A stretch of 64,000 nucleotides of DNA. Origin: Blepharisma stoltei ATCC 30299. Its lineage: Eukaryota > Protista > Ciliophora. Of this stretch, positions 61,930-64,000 are shown piece by piece. Both the position numbers and the translations under genes were made by a program. Numbering within the stretch: the first letter of the stretch is position 1; every line of letters starts with the position of its first letter. The stretch lies in contig CBFDEM010000050.1 of NCBI GenBank assembly GCA_965603825.1, positions 445,058-509,057 on the forward strand. The letters are read 5' to 3'. Below the pieces are notes generated by a model. It searched no databases. It saw only the letters and a program-made list of their open reading frames with translations, and was not told where the DNA came from.

Positions 61930-64000
61930 TAGGTGTTAGGGTGTTAGGGTGTTAGGGTGTTAGGGTGTTAGGGTGTTAGGGTGTTAGGGTGTTAGGGTGT
62001 TAGGGTGTTAGGGTGTTAGGGTGTTAGGGTGTTAGGGTGTTAGGGTGTTAGGGTGTTAGGGTGTTAGGGTGTTAGGGTGTTAGGGTGTTAGGGTGTTAGG
62101 GTGTTAGGGTGTTAGGGTGTTAGGGTGTTAGGGTGTTAGGGTGTTAGGGTGTTAGGGTGTTAGGGTGTTAGGGTGTTAGGGTGTTAGGGTGTTAGGGTGT
62201 TAGGGTGTTAGGGTGTTAGGGTGTTAGGGTGTTAGGGTGTTAGGGTGTTAGGGTGTTAGGGTGTTAGGGTGTTAGGGTGTTAGGGTGTTAGGGTGTTAGG
62301 GTGTTAGGGTGTTAGGGTGTTAGGGTGTTAGGGTGTTAGGGTGTTAGGGTGTTAGGGTGTTAGGGTGTTAGGGTGTTAGGGTGTTAGGGTGTTAGGGTGT
62401 TAGGGTGTTAGGGTGTTAGGGTGTTAGGGTGTTAGGGTGTTAGGGTGTTAGGGTGTTAGGGTGTTAGGGTGTTAGGGTGTTAGGGTGTTAGGGTGTTAGG
62501 GTGTTAGGGTGTTAGGGTGTTAGGGTGTTAGGGTGTTAGGGTGTTAGGGTGTTAGGGTGTTAGGGTGTTAGGGTGTTAGGGTGTTAGGGTGTTAGGGTGT
62601 TAGGGTGTTAGGGTGTTAGGGTGTTAGGGTGTTAGGGTGTTAGGGTGTTAGGGTGTTAGGGTGTTAGGGTGTTAGGGTGTTAGGGTGTTAGGGTGTTAGG
62701 GTGTTAGGGTGTTAGGGTGTTAGGGTGTTAGGGTGTTAGGGTGTTAGGGTGTTAGGGTGTTAGGGTGTTAGGGTGTTAGGGTGTTAGGGTGTTAGGGTGT
62801 TAGGGTGTTAGGGTGTTAGGGTGTTAGGGTGTTAGGGTGTTAGGGTGTTAGGGTGTTAGGGTGTTAGGGTGTTAGGGTGTTAGGGTGTTAGGGTGTTAGG
62901 GTGTTAGGGTGTTAGGGTGTTAGGGTGTTAGGGTGTTAGGGTGTTAGGGTGTTAGGGTGTTAGGGTGTTAGGGTGTTAGGGTGTTAGGGTGTTAGGGTGT
63001 TAGGGTGTTAGGGTGTTAGGGTGTTAGGGTGTTAGGGTGTTAGGGTGTTAGGGTGTTAGGGTGTTAGGGTGTTAGGGTGTTAGGGTGTTAGGGTGTTAGG
63101 GTGTTAGGGTGTTAGGGTGTTAGGGTGTTAGGGTGTTAGGGTGTTAGGGTGTTAGGGTGTTAGGGTGTTAGGGTGTTAGGGTGTTAGGGTGTTAGGGTGT
63201 TAGGGTGTTAGGGTGTTAGGGTGTTAGGGTGTTAGGGTGTTAGGGTGTTAGGGTGTTAGGGTGTTAGGGTGTTAGGGTGTTAGGGTGTTAGGGTGTTAGG
63301 GTGTTAGGGTGTTAGGGTGTTAGGGTGTTAGGGTGTTAGGGTGTTAGGGTGTTAGGGTGTTAGGGTGTTAGGGTGTTAGGGTGTTAGGGTGTTAGGGTGT
63401 TAGGGTGTTAGGGTGTTAGGGTGTTAGGGTGTTAGGGTGTTAGGGTGTTAGGGTGTTAGGGTGTTAGGGTGTTAGGGTGTTAGGGTGTTAGGGTGTTAGG
63501 GTGTTAGGGTGTTAGGGTGTTAGGGTGTTAGGGTGTTAGGGTGTTAGGGTGTTAGGGTGTTAGGGTGTTAGGGTGTTAGGGTGTTAGGGTGTTAGGGTGT
63601 TAGGGTGTTAGGGTGTTAGGGTGTTAGGGTGTTAGGGTGTTAGGGTGTTAGGGTGTTAGGGTGTTAGGGTGTTAGGGTGTTAGGGTGTTAGGGTGTTAGG
63701 GTGTTAGGGTGTTAGGGTGTTAGGGTGTTAGGGTGTTAGGGTGTTAGGGTGTTAGGGTGTTAGGGTGTTAGGGTGTTAGGGTGTTAGGGTGTTAGGGTGT
63801 TAGGGTGTTAGGGTGTTAGGGTGTTAGGGTGTTAGGGTGTTAGGGTGTTAGGGTGTTAGGGTGTTAGGGTGTTAGGGTGTTAGGGTGTTAGGGTGTTAGG
63901 GTGTTAGGGTGTTAGGGTGTTAGGGTGTTAGGGTGTTAGGGTGTTAGGGTGTTAGGGTGTTAGGGTGTTAGGGTGTTAGGGTGTTAGGGTGTTAGGGTGT
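61930..64000 (+). repeat. Telomere (TAGGGTGT)n = (CCCTAACA)n, ~258 copies, running to the window end
   Basis: Perfect 8-mer array with the G-rich strand pointing to the end; CCCTAACA is the heterotrich (Stentor/Blepharisma) repeat. Confidence 0.99.

Noticed and set aside
1-64000. Window as germline (micronuclear) sequence
   Set aside because: More than 15 kb of intact coding sequence has no IES interruptions; IES-like inserts occur only in pseudogenes. No tRNA or rRNA genes were recognised either.

Overview
Last 64 kb of a eukaryotic chromosome from a heterotrich ciliate, most likely Blepharisma or a close relative, and probably the somatic (macronuclear) genome. Three independent signals support this: a ~2.07-kb (TAGGGTGT)n = (CCCTAACA)n telomere, TGA read as Trp, and 15-nt GT..A..AG spliceosomal introns. 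The supplied ORF track treats TGA as stop and so splits most genes. Re-read with TGA=Trp, the window holds: a 2262-aa Ser/Thr-rich GPI-type surface protein and a 5'-truncated inverted paralog; a disrupted SPRY-SPRY-HECT gene lacking the catalytic Cys; two paralogous winged-helix-like genes; a Tx1/L1-type ORF1 (gag-like) gene; a Lys/Glu-rich ORF; a ubiquitin-like+LRR gene and its decayed inverted copy; a tandem cluster of secreted Cys-rich furin-like/LamG genes, one of ~2860 aa; and Zn-finger/coiled-coil/Kelch(+TPR) genes, the last cut by the telomere. Much of the rest is duplicated, decaying sequence with IES-like direct-repeat-flanked insertions and possible fragments of non-LTR retrotransposon ORF2. 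All homology calls are by eye; no searches were run.
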